DNA of 64,000 nt from Candidatus Cloacimonadota bacterium (lineage in GTDB: Bacteria > Cloacimonadota > Cloacimonadia > Cloacimonadales > WRIO01). Location: positions 28,386 to 92,385 of the forward strand of contig WRLO01000002.1 of the NCBI GenBank assembly GCA_009777575.1, given 5' to 3'. Of this stretch, positions 28,428-39,246 are shown in pieces (the first letter of the stretch is position 1; every line of letters starts with the position of its first letter). A program made the translations under genes and the position numbers. Under the pieces are notes generated by a model. That model worked only from the letters and a program-made list of their open reading frames with translations. It did not search any database and was not told the origin of the DNA.

Positions 28428-29602
28428 ATCTTTATGTAAAAAGACGAATTCGGTTTTGTTGATTGTATCGCAAGCAAATTTTCATCAAACAATTGAGGTT
28501 TTTTTATCTTCAAGTCATATTGTTTGTCCGGAAAGATAATTTCTATCTCATCATTTTCTGTTATTTTAGCATAAGATTTTACAAGAGCATAGCCATTTTT
28601 TATTTCTAATATATTACCAGCAAATTGCCAGTCTCTGATATAAGTAGAGGAAGCATAGTTTTGAGTGTCTTCAGCATTGGCTTCATCAAAAAAAGCTTCT
28701 GTATAAATTCTATGACTAACTTTATCAAGCTCAGTTCTCCAAAAAGCCTTATCCTGAGTTGTGGTCTTGGACTTAATACTCTGTATTTGCGATTTATAAG
28801 CTCTTGTTACAGCTGAGATATAGTAAAGGCTCTTCATTCTACCCTCTATTTTTACGCTATCAATCCCACATTGGTAAATCTCTTCAAGTCTATTAAAAAG
28901 ACATAAATCCTTAGAATTCATAAAATAAAATCCATGTTTATCTTCGTCTATACTAAAAGCCTCGCTGGGTCTGCTTTCTTCTATCAAATGGTATTTCCAA
29001 CGACAAGGTTGTGTGCATTCTCCTCTATTGGCGCTTCTGATGATGTTTTGTGTTTTATTGCTAAAAAAAGCACTTAATAAACAGCGACCTGAATAAGATA
29101 TACACATAGCTCCATGAATAAATATTTCTAATTCTATATCAGGGCATTTTTGTCTGATTTCTTTTATTTCTGAAAAAGTCAATTCACGAGCTAATATAAT
29201 CCTTTTTGCTCCCAATTTCGCAAAAGCTTTCACCGCTTGATATGATGTTACATTTGCCTGTGTACTGACATGTATTGGCATATTTGGTGCTATATTTTTT
29301 ACTAGCTCAAAAACTCCTAAATCTGAAACTATCACTGCATCGATTTTTGCTTCATAAATACTCTGTATGTAAGTTTTTAGCTCTTCTATATGTCTATTAT
29401 GAGCGTAAATGTTTAAGGGTACATATAGTTTTACTGAGTTTGTATGGCAAAATTCAACTGCCTTTAATAAGTCATCATAATCAAAATTGTCTGCTTTGGC
29501 TCTTAAACTAAAGGCTTGGCTACCTGCATAAACAGCATCAGCACCATACATTACAGCGTATTTTATTTTTTCCAGATTTCCTGCTGGTGATAAAACTTCC
29601 AC
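28355..29602 (-). CDS. U32 family peptidase-like protein (TrhP/YegQ-type)
   Basis: EVLSPAG, GADAVY, HVSTQAN, LARE, HGAMCISYSGRC, NRGECTQPCRW and KIEGRMKS motifs; GTG start. Confidence 0.9.
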   Translation of the reverse strand: MEVLSPAGNLEKIKYAVMYGADAVYAGSQAFSLRAKADNFDYDDLLKAVEFCHTNSVKLYVPLNIYAHNRHIEELKTYIQSIYEAKIDAVIVSDLGVFELVKNIAPNMPIHVSTQANVTSYQAVKAFAKLGAKRIILARELTFSEIKEIRQKCPDIELEIFIHGAMCISYSGRCLLSAFFSNKTQNIIRSANRGECTQPCRWKYHLIEESRPSEAFSIDEDKHGFYFMNSKDLCLFNRLEEIYQCGIDSVKIEGRMKSLYYISAVTRAYKSQIQSIKSKTTTQDKAFWRTELDKVSHRIYTEAFFDEANAEDTQNYASSTYIRDWQFAGNILEIKNGYALVKSYAKITENDEIEIIFPDKQYDLKIKKPQLFDENLLAIQSTKPNSSFYIKIVETISNRQINKQLPEYGILRLKI

Positions 29603-29603
29603 A

Positions 29604-30896
29604 TTAACTACTCATTGATTTTAGAAGTTGGATATTATCTTTAGTGTCTTTCATTTTGGTTCTTAGTGTTTCTATGCCTTGAACGGGATTCAATGTTTTT
29701 AAGAACTTACGAAGAACAAACATTCTGCTTAATTCCAGTTCAGAAAGTAACAATTCTTCTCTTCTAGTGCCAGATTTTATTAAATCTATTGCTGGGAAAA
29801 GACGCAAGTCGGATATAGAACGGTCTAAAACAAGCTCCATATTACCGGTGCCTTTAAACTCCTCAAAGATGACTTGATCCATCTTGCTACCTGTATCTAT
29901 CAAGGCTGTAGCGATTATTGTCAAAGAACCTGCCTCTTCTGTATTTCTTGCTGCCCCAAAAAATTTCTTGGGTTTATGTAAGGCATTTGAATCGAGACCA
30001 CCAGACATAATTTTTCCTGTAGAAGGAGAATGATTGTTGTAGGCTCGAGCAAGTCTTGTGATGCTATCAAGAACTAATACAACATCAAATCCTAACTCTA
30101 CCATCCTTTTTGCTTTATCTATAGCCATCTCAGCTACAGAAACATGTCGTTTAGCAGTTTCATCAAAGGTCGAGCTAATTATTTCAGAATTGTAAGGATA
30201 TATAATCCTTTTCATTTCTGTCACTTCTTCTGGGCGTTCATCTATCAACAATACTATTAAATAGACTTCTGGATGGTTTAGCAAAATAGAATTTGTGATA
30301 TTTTGTAATAAAACTGTTTTGCCTGTTCGTGGAGGAGAGACAATCAATCCACGCTGTCCTTTACCTATAGGGGTAAAGAGATTAACCACTCTTGTGGAAA
30401 TAGTGTCGAGTTTATAACGCAATTCGCTGAGTTTTCTCGGAGCTACTTCCAATTCAAGTCGTTTTTCTGGATAATAGGGAGTCAATTCTTCAAATGGCAA
30501 TACTGATGCCACTTTTGCAGGCTCTTCATAATTTATCATATCAACTCGAAACAATGCGAAATATTTCTCACCCTCTTTGGGTGCACGAACAGGTCCAGAA
30601 ATCATATGACCGTTTTTTAATAACAATTTCTTAATTTGAGCTGCTGAGATATATACATCATCTTTACCCGGCAAATAATTGTTGTGGGGAAATCTCAAAA
30701 ATCCAAATCCATCATCCATTACCTCTAAACATCCAGTTGCAAATGCTAATCCCTCTTGAGTAGCGGAAGTTTCAAGAATCTTATAGATTAAATCATTTTT
30801 CTTTGAGATTGACCAGTTCTTGATATCAAGCTCTTTGGCTATTTTCTGAAGTTCTGGCACATTCATACCAAATATATTTTCAATATTTTCTGGCAT
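29604..30896 (-). CDS. rho: Transcription termination factor Rho
   Basis: [42 protein letters not shown] and [10 protein letters not shown] motifs. Confidence 0.98.
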   Translation of the reverse strand: MPENIENIFGMNVPELQKIAKELDIKNWSISKKNDLIYKILETSATQEGLAFATGCLEVMDDGFGFLRFPHNNYLPGKDDVYISAAQIKKLLLKNGHMISGPVRAPKEGEKYFALFRVDMINYEEPAKVASVLPFEELTPYYPEKRLELEVAPRKLSELRYKLDTISTRVVNLFTPIGKGQRGLIVSPPRTGKTVLLQNITNSILLNHPEVYLIVLLIDERPEEVTEMKRIIYPYNSEIISSTFDETAKRHVSVAEMAIDKAKRMVELGFDVVLVLDSITRLARAYNNHSPSTGKIMSGGLDSNALHKPKKFFGAARNTEEAGSLTIIATALIDTGSKMDQVIFEEFKGTGNMELVLDRSISDLRLFPAIDLIKSGTRREELLLSELELSRMFVLRKFLKTLNPVQGIETLRTKMKDTKDNIQLLKSMSS

Positions 30897-31074
30897 TTTT
30901 ACTCCTTTGTAGTTTACATTTTTTTTGTTTTTTATTAGTTTTGGACAAAAAATCTCAACATTGTTATTATGTCAAGATTTTTTGATTCAGTGATATTCAT
31001 ATCAATTTTTTTTTTGAGTGAACAGAATAAGGATTATTCCAATAATAAAAAAGTTTAGAAAATATATTGATATT

Positions 31075-31500
31075 TCAATCTCTTCTTGCATTTTTCAAAT
31101 AAAACCCAAAACTTTTTTTGGGTTTAAGCTGAAAAGTGCAACTCTCATTAAGTACACCTCCATATTTAAGCATATTTACGGAAGGGTACTGACGACAAAT
31201 CAAAGGTCTTTGTTTATATTTTAGACATTTATTATCTTTAAATAAATTGCATTTAAAAAAGAGTTCTCCGCTTTCTTCTTGTCCGGATATTTCAAGACAG
31301 TTATAAGAAGGAAAATCTCTTTGTAATTTGAAAAATTCATCCTCTTTAGTTACAACCTTATATCCAATCAAAATGTGTATTTTCTGACAACAAACACCAC
31401 ATTGACTACAATATCCCTCAATTTTAAGATTGGAAGGAAAGAATAGTTTATAAAAATTGATTTTTAAGTAACTTAATACTCTTTGTATCAAAATTTTCAT
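31075..31500 (-). CDS. YkgJ-family cysteine-cluster protein
   Basis: CSQCGVCC, FKC..NKC and RPLICRQYP motifs. Confidence 0.78.
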   Translation of the reverse strand: MKILIQRVLSYLKINFYKLFFPSNLKIEGYCSQCGVCCQKIHILIGYKVVTKEDEFFKLQRDFPSYNCLEISGQEESGELFFKCNLFKDNKCLKYKQRPLICRQYPSVNMLKYGGVLNESCTFQLKPKKSFGFYLKNARRD

Positions 31501-33250
31501 AAATTAAGTAACTGCCTTCTTTATCTACAGTTACGGCCCCTAAGGCATTTCCTAAAATTTTTTGTTTATATTCTTGGGTTTGAGGTTTAAAAAAGATAGC
31601 ATTTTTAAGTTTTTTTAAAAGATAATTATTTTCAATGTTATGACTAACAGAAATATTAACAGATGATATATTATCTCTCTTAAAAGCCTCCTGCCATTCA
31701 TTTTTAAATAATAAGTAATACTCTTCTTTAAACTTATCACAACAATCCGCTCCCAAAAATTCTGGATAAAAATGAGTCTTTGATAGAATAAACCAGTCGA
31801 AAATGAGACAATCTTTAAAAAAATCATTGTTTGGGAGTATTAAATATCCAAGATGCTCAAAAGTTGCTTGGAAAATCTTTATTCTATCTGAAACTTTTTT
31901 AGTGATGTTTTTTTTCTTGAAATACTTACCCAAAGAGAGAAAATAATCTACTCCATTCATTTTAGTTTCTTCAGCATTTTCAGAAAATATTTTTTTTGAA
32001 AAAAAGGGCATAATTCCAGAATTGTATACCAAATCCAAAGCATTTTCTATCAGTTCTATTTGAGACATTTCATCAAAAGTTAATGTATTTGAAGAAAAAA
32101 TCCTATAGGGAGCTTTTTTTTGATATTTAATACCCCATTTTTCTATTTCCTTTGATATTTTAGTACCCGGCAATATTTTTAAGAAACCAAGTTGAAAATG
32201 GTCTGGTTTTAACATGATTATCTCATTAAAGGTCGCAGTTGTTTCCAAAAAAGTTTCCTCAGGCAATCCTGCTATCATATCAAAATGAGTGTGGACATTT
32301 TTTAGTTTTGAGAGTTCAGATAATTTTTCTTTAATCTCAGACCAAACACCTTTTCTATTGATATGATTCAAGGTTTTTTCATGAATCGTTTGTATACCTA
32401 CTTCAAGCTGAACTCTTTCTTTGGGCATAAATTTCAGAATGTCTAACTGCTCTGATGTAAGATATAAAGGGTGAATCTCAAAGTGAAATTTTGTTTTTGT
32501 TTGGCAAGAAGCTATAAATTTTAATATTTGCATACATAAATCATTGTTTACATTAAATGACCTATCGATAAATTTTATTATTATAGGCTCAAAATCAAGA
32601 AGATATTCCAATTCTTTTAGCACTAATTCATATTCTTTATATTCAAGCTTTTGCTCTGAGCTTGATGAAATACAATAACTACACTCAAAAGGACATCCTC
32701 TACTCGCTTCATAATAAATGTAACGGTTTTTTAGAGATGTTATATCTTCAACTCTGTAGGGCATGTTTATTTCTGAAAAAGAGTAATTATCTTTTTTGAT
32801 GATTTTAAATTTTGTCACTTCATTTTGACTCTTATGATTCTTTTGAAGTGGGTCATGAAAGTGTTTAAAATCATTATCTTGTAGCTCCTGAAAAGCCTTT
32901 TCACCAGCACCTTGAATTATAAAATCAATGTCTGAATATTTTTCAAGCCAGTCGTCAGGATTCCATGAAATATCCGGACCACCGCATATAATAATTAGCT
33001 CTGGTAAAACTTTTTTTATGTCTCTCAAAATGCTTTGAATATGGCTCTGATTCCATATATAACATGATAAACAAAGGACATCTGGTTTTATCTCATTGAT
33101 GTCAGAGATGATATCCCAAACAAAATCCTTGATAGTTTTTTCTAGGATTATGGCTTCATGTCTTGTATCATCTACACATTGACGCAAATAATACAGAGCA
33201 AGATTTACATGAGTAAACCTCGCATTGATACCAAGTAATAATATTTTCAT
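31448..33250 (-). CDS. B12-binding-domain radical SAM protein
   Basis: N-terminal LSCYIWN/GGPD cobalamin-binding region; YEASRGCPFECSYC; EVGIQT, DMIAGLP. Confidence 0.88.
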   Translation of the reverse strand: MKILLLGINARFTHVNLALYYLRQCVDDTRHEAIILEKTIKDFVWDIISDINEIKPDVLCLSCYIWNQSHIQSILRDIKKVLPELIIICGGPDISWNPDDWLEKYSDIDFIIQGAGEKAFQELQDNDFKHFHDPLQKNHKSQNEVTKFKIIKKDNYSFSEINMPYRVEDITSLKNRYIYYEASRGCPFECSYCISSSSEQKLEYKEYELVLKELEYLLDFEPIIIKFIDRSFNVNNDLCMQILKFIASCQTKTKFHFEIHPLYLTSEQLDILKFMPKERVQLEVGIQTIHEKTLNHINRKGVWSEIKEKLSELSKLKNVHTHFDMIAGLPEETFLETTATFNEIIMLKPDHFQLGFLKILPGTKISKEIEKWGIKYQKKAPYRIFSSNTLTFDEMSQIELIENALDLVYNSGIMPFFSKKIFSENAEETKMNGVDYFLSLGKYFKKKNITKKVSDRIKIFQATFEHLGYLILPNNDFFKDCLIFDWFILSKTHFYPEFLGADCCDKFKEEYYLLFKNEWQEAFKRDNISSVNISVSHNIENNYLLKKLKNAIFFKPQTQEYKQKILGNALGAVTVDKEGSYLIYENFDTKSIKLLKNQFL

Positions 33251-33262
33251 TTATACCAATAT

Positions 33263-33988
33263 TTAGTTATTATCCATTAAAAACAACTCTTCTCTTGCTT
33301 TTTTTAAATCTTCTGGAAAATCAATCTCTATACAAGGTAAACCATCTGTATATATTGGCAATAAATCAACATTATCACACATCAGATTGACAGCATATTC
33401 AAAATAATTGTTTTCTTGTTTATCACGGATTCCCTGCTCAAGATAGTCTACGAATATTGATAAATCTCTTTTAACAAATTTTGCTATACCTATAAATTCT
33501 CCTTCTGCTTTTGTAGGCTCTATCTGCTTGTGAATTTCTTTTATCAAGCCATTTTCTACTTTGACCTTGACTTCTTCGGTACTAGTTTTCTTTTTTTCGA
33601 TAAGTAGTAGGTTTTTATTTTCTCCTTTAACCAGTTTTGTAAGTAAAATCGGATGAAACAAGACATCTGCATTGAAATAAAGAAAATCTTCATTCATGTA
33701 TTCCCTTGTAAGATAAAGAGAATAAAGAGTATTGGTTTTCTCAAAAATCGGGTTCTCTACAAAGATAACCTGCTCTTTTTGTAAAACCTTAAAAACATGC
33801 TCCATTAACAATTCTTTTTCGTATCCCACCACTATGACAAAATTTTGTATTCCTTGTTTTAGACAGTTTGAAATTTGATAGTGCATGATAGATATACCAT
33901 TTATCTCCTCCATTGATTTAGGAATAGCAGACCTAGCACCACTATTTAATCTCATTCCGCGCCCTGCTGCAAGTATAATAGCTTTCAT
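33263..33988 (-). CDS. Phosphocholine/sugar-phosphate cytidylyltransferase (LicC-like NTP transferase)
   Basis: AIILAAGRGMR, PKS, NADV and EIDFPEDL motifs. Confidence 0.82.
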   Translation of the reverse strand: MKAIILAAGRGMRLNSGARSAIPKSMEEINGISIMHYQISNCLKQGIQNFVIVVGYEKELLMEHVFKVLQKEQVIFVENPIFEKTNTLYSLYLTREYMNEDFLYFNADVLFHPILLTKLVKGENKNLLLIEKKKTSTEEVKVKVENGLIKEIHKQIEPTKAEGEFIGIAKFVKRDLSIFVDYLEQGIRDKQENNYFEYAVNLMCDNVDLLPIYTDGLPCIEIDFPEDLKKAREELFLMDNN

Positions 33989-34000
33989 AATTTTATGCTC

Positions 34001-35035
34001 CTATATATTAAAATTCTGTAACAAATCTTTTATTTTCTCTGCTGCTCTTTTGCCAGAATTTCCATCTAGAGAGTCAAACAAAATCCTAGAGACTTCTTTT
34101 CTTTCTTTGGAAAACATGTTTTTATCGTCCAAAAGGATTTTTATTGCTCCCTCAAGTTCTTCAAATTCATCTATTCTTATGGAAATCTTTTCTATCATAT
34201 TAATAACTTCTGTTAAGGTTCGTTTGGTTTCTTTCACTCGAAATGTTATTAAGGGTTTATCCAACAAACAAATTTCAGCTATCATCGAACTAGTATCACA
34301 AATACAAATGTCAGCCAGATTTATATATTTCAATCTATCTAATTCGTCAATAAAAAAAACTGATGCATTCTCACGAAGCGATTTTTTATAAATTTCACTC
34401 ATCCACTCATGTACTGACACCAATATGTTGTATCTATCCTTAAGAAGACCAACCTTTTCATACCATTTTTCGATAGCAGACATTCCGCTACCATCCCAAG
34501 TAGAAGCAAAAAAAAGCGTTTTTTTACTGTAATCAAGTGTAAAAGGTATAGTTGCTCTTGTTTCTGATGATGCTATATCATCTATTTTGGGGTACGCAGT
34601 TTCAAGTGCTATATTTACACCTAAAGCTCTTACATTATCTATTTCTTTTTGTGATGTCAGAAAAAAGAGGTTAAACATATTGTAATACTTGGCATTTGAA
34701 TGCTTTTTAAAATTAAATGCTCCATGTTTGAATCCTATTTTTTTAATTTTTTTGCAAGGAAATTTCCAAGCCATATTCCGAAACATTATCACAGCATCTG
34801 GGTAAGAAGGCAAAGTAGTAATCTTTTGATATCCAAAAGATTCAAGTTTATTTTTTACTTTTTTATTTTTTGCTACTATTTCAATATTTTCCAAATATTT
34901 ACCTACATTCTTAAAAAGAATAATGTCAAAAGCATCTTCACAATATAAAATGCATTTTCTTCTTTTTCTAAAAAATCTCAAAAAATGCCAAATCACATTG
35001 TAAAAAGGGTATTTTATGTAATAAGAAAAGACCAT
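34001..35035 (-). CDS. CDP-glycerol glycerophosphotransferase (TagB/TagF-like) family protein
   Basis: KHG, AYPKID, FASTW, ICDTSSM..E and DGNSGKR motifs. Confidence 0.72.
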   Translation of the reverse strand: MVFSYYIKYPFYNVIWHFLRFFRKRRKCILYCEDAFDIILFKNVGKYLENIEIVAKNKKVKNKLESFGYQKITTLPSYPDAVIMFRNMAWKFPCKKIKKIGFKHGAFNFKKHSNAKYYNMFNLFFLTSQKEIDNVRALGVNIALETAYPKIDDIASSETRATIPFTLDYSKKTLFFASTWDGSGMSAIEKWYEKVGLLKDRYNILVSVHEWMSEIYKKSLRENASVFFIDELDRLKYINLADICICDTSSMIAEICLLDKPLITFRVKETKRTLTEVINMIEKISIRIDEFEELEGAIKILLDDKNMFSKERKEVSRILFDSLDGNSGKRAAEKIKDLLQNFNI

Positions 35036-35044
35036 AATACCACC

Positions 35045-36334
35045 TCACATTAGACTAGATAAATATTTTATTATCAAGTTTACTGTAGCAAAGGCTGCAT
35101 GTATATTATATCCACCGGTATCTCCATCTATATCTATACATTCACCAGCAACAAAAACATTAGGTAGTTTTTTTAACATCATGTTTTTCTTGTCTATTTC
35201 AGATAAATCGACCCCACCTTTGCTACACATAGCAGAGTTGATGCTTTCAAAACCTAATACTAAAAATTCAATACAAAAAAGACTATTGACCAAAGATTTT
35301 CTTTGAGACTTTGAAAGTTCAGCTGATTTTTTATCAGTGTTAAATCCTTTTAATACATATTCAATAACCCTCTCTGGTATTCCCAATTGATTGATTATAT
35401 TGCTAATTTTTCTTTTAGGATATTTTTCAATAAGGTCAAAGAGTTTTTTCTCCAGTTCTGATTTATCCTTGAAATCTGTAAGATAAACTCTTAAGCTATC
35501 TCCTTTTTCAAAATATCTTGAATTGTCAAGAATCAGTGGCCCAGATAAGCCTATATGTGTAAAGAGTAATGCTCCTGATTGCGTGTAGATAGTTTTATCA
35601 TTTCTTATTATCGATAAAAAAGCATTTGGAAAAGTTACTCCAGAAAGATGTCCTAAATCAAAAGGAATTGTTTGACCATTATTAATACTATTTATGAGTG
35701 GAAAAGTCAAAGCTGGTTTGAAATAATGTGTTTTGATATTAAAATTCTTCAACAATTTTATTACATCTCCAGTTGAACCTGTTTCTGGATATGATGCCCC
35801 GCCAGTGCATAAAATCAGGTATTTTGTTTTAATTTTATGTTCATAATATTTATTATCTGATTTTTTTATAGATATCCCCAAAATAATACCATCTGCTTTA
35901 TATTCTATCTTTTCAAGTTTACTATTTACTTTTATGTCTACAGGATATTTTTTAGCTTGGGAAATTAGTGTTTTTTTTATATCATCTGATATTAATGATT
36001 TTGGGAAAACTTTTTTATCTTCACGCATTATTGTTTCTAAACCTTTTGAACTAAAAAAATCTATGAGTTTTATATTTGAAAGCTGATATAAAGCATCTTT
36101 TAGAAAATTGCCATTTTCTCCATAGTGTTTCCTAAAATCTTTCATATCACATCCGTTAGTAAAATTACATTGAGAATTTCCAGATAGACATAGTTTATTA
36201 CCGAGAGAACCTGTCTTTTCTAAAAGAAGAACTTTTTTTCCCTTGTGCATGAGTTCTGAAACTCTCGCAGAACCGAACAAACCAGCAGAACCACCACCAA
36301 CTATTACAATATCATAAATATCTTGTTCTGACAT
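35045..36334 (-). CDS. HI0933/BaiN-family NAD(P)/FAD-dependent oxidoreductase
   Basis: GGGSAG, GNKLCLSGNSQCNFTN, LCTGGASYPETGSTG, FTHIGLSGP and GECIDIDGDTGGYN motifs. Confidence 0.9.
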   Translation of the reverse strand: MSEQDIYDIVIVGGGSAGLFGSARVSELMHKGKKVLLLEKTGSLGNKLCLSGNSQCNFTNGCDMKDFRKHYGENGNFLKDALYQLSNIKLIDFFSSKGLETIMREDKKVFPKSLISDDIKKTLISQAKKYPVDIKVNSKLEKIEYKADGIILGISIKKSDNKYYEHKIKTKYLILCTGGASYPETGSTGDVIKLLKNFNIKTHYFKPALTFPLINSINNGQTIPFDLGHLSGVTFPNAFLSIIRNDKTIYTQSGALLFTHIGLSGPLILDNSRYFEKGDSLRVYLTDFKDKSELEKKLFDLIEKYPKRKISNIINQLGIPERVIEYVLKGFNTDKKSAELSKSQRKSLVNSLFCIEFLVLGFESINSAMCSKGGVDLSEIDKKNMMLKKLPNVFVAGECIDIDGDTGGYNIHAAFATVNLIIKYLSSLM

Positions 36335-36402
36335 AAAAAAACCTTATTTCGTTTTCATTCTGATAGTTAATCAGTTAGACTAACAATACTAAATAAATGT
36401 TT

Positions 36403-37188
36403 TTATTTTTTACAATATATAATTTCTTTAGTTTCATCTGACAACAAACGCATATTTTCAAAATTATCTTCAGAAGTTATATCCTTAAAATTGAAAATTT
36501 TCACTTCAAATCCTACAGATTGTAACCTCTCACAAATATCTTGTCCATATCTGCGGACATGGCTTTTACTGCCAAAGAATTTTAATCTATCTTCTTCGCT
36601 AACTATTGTTTTATCCTCAAATGTTTTGGCCTCCGGAAAAAGAGGAACTGTAATGATTGCTAATCCATTTTTTCTTAAAATTCTAAAAAGCTCACTCATA
36701 GCTTTTATATCATCTAAAACATGCTCTAATACATGATTACATAAAACAATATCGAAACTCTCGTCAGGATAATTTATAGCGGTAATATCCATTTTGACCA
36801 TAGCTCGAGGATTATTTAAGTCTGCAGTTATGTATCGTTTACCATGAAAATCTTCGAATCTTTTAGAAAAACATGTTTCGGCTGCTATATGCAACACATC
36901 ATGTAGTTGTGTAAATAAATCTGTATGATTTTGATAAAAAATCCATAATAATCTATGCCTTTCTGCTGATAAACAATTTGGACAATGAACTTTTGTGTTC
37001 GCAGTTTTTCTAGGAGTATATGATAAAAAATAATCATATTTTTGACATATAGGGCAGAAATTTTTAGGCTCAGAACCATACAATGCTTTTGCTTTCAAAT
37101 ATTTTCTTTTTTTTATCATCCACCAATAAATATCTCGTAGTTTTGGAGGCACAATCGTCCTGATAATATTTCTGATTAAATGGTTCAT
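36403..37188 (-). CDS. Class I SAM-dependent methyltransferase with N-terminal Zn-ribbon-like Cys pairs
   Basis: CPIC..CPNC; LHIAAE, DITAI..DESFD..NHVLEHV motifs. Confidence 0.8.
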   Translation of the reverse strand: MNHLIRNIIRTIVPPKLRDIYWWMIKKRKYLKAKALYGSEPKNFCPICQKYDYFLSYTPRKTANTKVHCPNCLSAERHRLLWIFYQNHTDLFTQLHDVLHIAAETCFSKRFEDFHGKRYITADLNNPRAMVKMDITAINYPDESFDIVLCNHVLEHVLDDIKAMSELFRILRKNGLAIITVPLFPEAKTFEDKTIVSEEDRLKFFGSKSHVRRYGQDICERLQSVGFEVKIFNFKDITSEDNFENMRLLSDETKEIIYCKK

Positions 37189-38579
37189 TTAATTAGACTC
37201 CACTCCGTCCCGTTTGCTGTATCTCTTAGCTCAAATCCCATTGCTTTTAACTCCTGGCGAATCTTATCGGCTAAAGCAAAATTTTTATCCTTTTTAGCTT
37301 GATTTCTGAGTTCAAGTAAAAGTAAAATTAATTTTTCTGCTTTATTATCTATATTTTTAGTAAGTTTTTCTGATAAATCTTTGAAAAAACCAAGAACTGA
37401 GCCAAGTTTATACAAAAGTTTAGCTGCTTCTTTTTGAGAATTTTCATCATTTTGAGGGTTAAATACCTCTTTAGCTAAATCAAATAGGCAAGCGATTGCT
37501 TTTGCTGTATTAAAATCATCATCCATTGCCTCTATGAACTGTTTATTTATATTATCCAAATTTTCTTCTAACTTGTAACTTGTATCTTGTAACTCCTCAT
37601 ACACAGGATATTTCCTAAAAACCTCATAAAATCGAGCTATAGCTGTTTTGGACTCCTCTAAAATCCCCTGATTGTAATCAATAGGACTCCTATAATGTTT
37701 GGATAAAAAGAAAAATCTTATCACATCAGCTTCATAAACTTTTAATACATCTCTTGTTGTGAAAAAATTATTCAAAGACTTTGACATCTTATCACCTTCA
37801 ATATTCAAAAAGCCATTGTGCATCCAATAATTAGCCAAAGGTTTTTGAAACATAACTTCAGCCTGAGCAATCTCATTTTCATGATGAGGAAAAATCAAAT
37901 CCATACCACCACCATGAATATCAAATGTTTCTCCTAAGAAACTTCTCGACATTACCACACACTCTGTATGCCAACCAGGTCTTCCTTTCCCCCAAGGACT
38001 ATCCCAAGCAGGCTCACCATCTTTTGCTTTTTTCCATAATGTAAAATCAAAAGGATTACGTTTTTGTTGATTTGCCTCAATCCTTGCGCCTGCTTGCAAA
38101 TCTTCAAGATTTTTACCAGATAATTTCCCATAATTTATATCTTTTTTAACTTCAAAATAAACATCCCCGTTTACTTCATAAGCAAATTTTTTATTTATCA
38201 TGGAATTTATTATTTCTATCATTTCCGACACAAATTCTGTAGCTCTTGGATTTTTATCAGCAAAAGTGATATTCAAATTTGTAAGATCTTTGTAAAAAGC
38301 CTCTATATACTTTTGAGTAATCTCCTTGAAATCTTTTTTTTCTTCTATAGCTTGAGTTATTATTTTATCATCTATATCTGTTATATTTTGAATATAAACA
38401 GTTTCATAACCCAGGAAATTGAAATATTTTCTTACTACATCAAAGAAAAGAAAGGGTCTTGCATTACCTATATGAAAATAATTATATACAGTCGGTCCGC
38501 ATACATACATCTTGACTTTATTTTTCTCAATTGGAATAAACTCTTCTTTTTTCTTGCTCATTGTGTTGAATATAAACAT
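37185..38579 (-). CDS. cysS: Cysteine--tRNA ligase
   Basis: CGPTVY, HIGNAR, GRPGWHTEC, HGGGMDLIFPHHENE and KMSKS motifs. Confidence 0.98.
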   Translation of the reverse strand: MFIFNTMSKKKEEFIPIEKNKVKMYVCGPTVYNYFHIGNARPFLFFDVVRKYFNFLGYETVYIQNITDIDDKIITQAIEEKKDFKEITQKYIEAFYKDLTNLNITFADKNPRATEFVSEMIEIINSMINKKFAYEVNGDVYFEVKKDINYGKLSGKNLEDLQAGARIEANQQKRNPFDFTLWKKAKDGEPAWDSPWGKGRPGWHTECVVMSRSFLGETFDIHGGGMDLIFPHHENEIAQAEVMFQKPLANYWMHNGFLNIEGDKMSKSLNNFFTTRDVLKVYEADVIRFFFLSKHYRSPIDYNQGILEESKTAIARFYEVFRKYPVYEELQDTSYKLEENLDNINKQFIEAMDDDFNTAKAIACLFDLAKEVFNPQNDENSQKEAAKLLYKLGSVLGFFKDLSEKLTKNIDNKAEKLILLLLELRNQAKKDKNFALADKIRQELKAMGFELRDTANGTEWSLIK

Positions 38580-38628
38580 CTTTTCTCCTTAATGAAATAA
38601 TGAACATCAGATTTTTTTCTGTATCTAA

Positions 38629-39240
38629 TTATATATTTTGAATAAAACTAACAAAAATATTAGCAGTATTTTTCTCTTTAAAAACAAATTTTTTCAAGTC
38701 ATCTTTTATTGGTTCTTCTTTCGAATGTTCGACGATAAGAATCCCATCTGCAATGAGTAAATCATTGTCGAGTATTTGCCTCACTGTGTTATTGACCAAT
38801 CCTTTGTTGTATGGCGGATCTGCAAATATGAGATTATACCTACAGCCTTCTGGTTCTATTGATTTTTGATTATCTTCCATGTAAGATGTATCTATCTCGC
38901 CTTTTTGATGATTAATAGAATTCGATAAAAAGTTCTCTACTTTCTTTAATAATACTTTACAATTGTCATGACATTTCAATTTTGTTATATTAGAAATGAT
39001 TGTAGAAACAGATTTTTTTGAACCATCAACAAATACGACCTCTCTGCAACCTCTGGAGATAGCTTCCAATCCCATTGCTCCACTTCCTGAGTATAAATCC
39101 AATACTTTATCATAGTTTTGATTTAAAGAATATAATGTAGAAAAAATCATTTCTCTGATAAAATCAGAAGTAGGCCTCGCTGTCAAACCTTCAACAGCAT
39201 TAATTTTCATACCTTTGTATTTACCTGCAATTATTCGCAT
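38629..39240 (-). CDS. rsmD: 16S rRNA (guanine-966-N2) methyltransferase
   Basis: MRIIAG, RPTSD, LDLYSGSGAMGLEAISRG and DPPY motifs. Confidence 0.93.
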   Translation of the reverse strand: MRIIAGKYKGMKINAVEGLTARPTSDFIREMIFSTLYSLNQNYDKVLDLYSGSGAMGLEAISRGCREVVFVDGSKKSVSTIISNITKLKCHDNCKVLLKKVENFLSNSINHQKGEIDTSYMEDNQKSIEPEGCRYNLIFADPPYNKGLVNNTVRQILDNDLLIADGILIVEHSKEEPIKDDLKKFVFKEKNTANIFVSFIQNI

Positions 39241-39246
39241 AATATC

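Noticed and set aside
31448-33250. Lipid ring synthase or methylase role for the B12 radical SAM protein
   Set aside because: No sequence feature distinguishes it from a widespread uncharacterised B12 radical SAM family, and it lies about 7 kb from the lipid genes.
33885-34391. 168-aa plus-strand ORF and the many other short antisense or overlapping ORFs in the track
   Set aside because: They lie opposite or inside well-supported genes and show no family motifs; the duplicated ones simply mirror the DNA repeat.
35045-36334. Geranylgeranyl reductase completing the ether-lipid pathway
   Set aside because: The motifs (GN..CNFTN, GGASYP, TGGYN) are those of the HI0933/BaiN family, not GGR.
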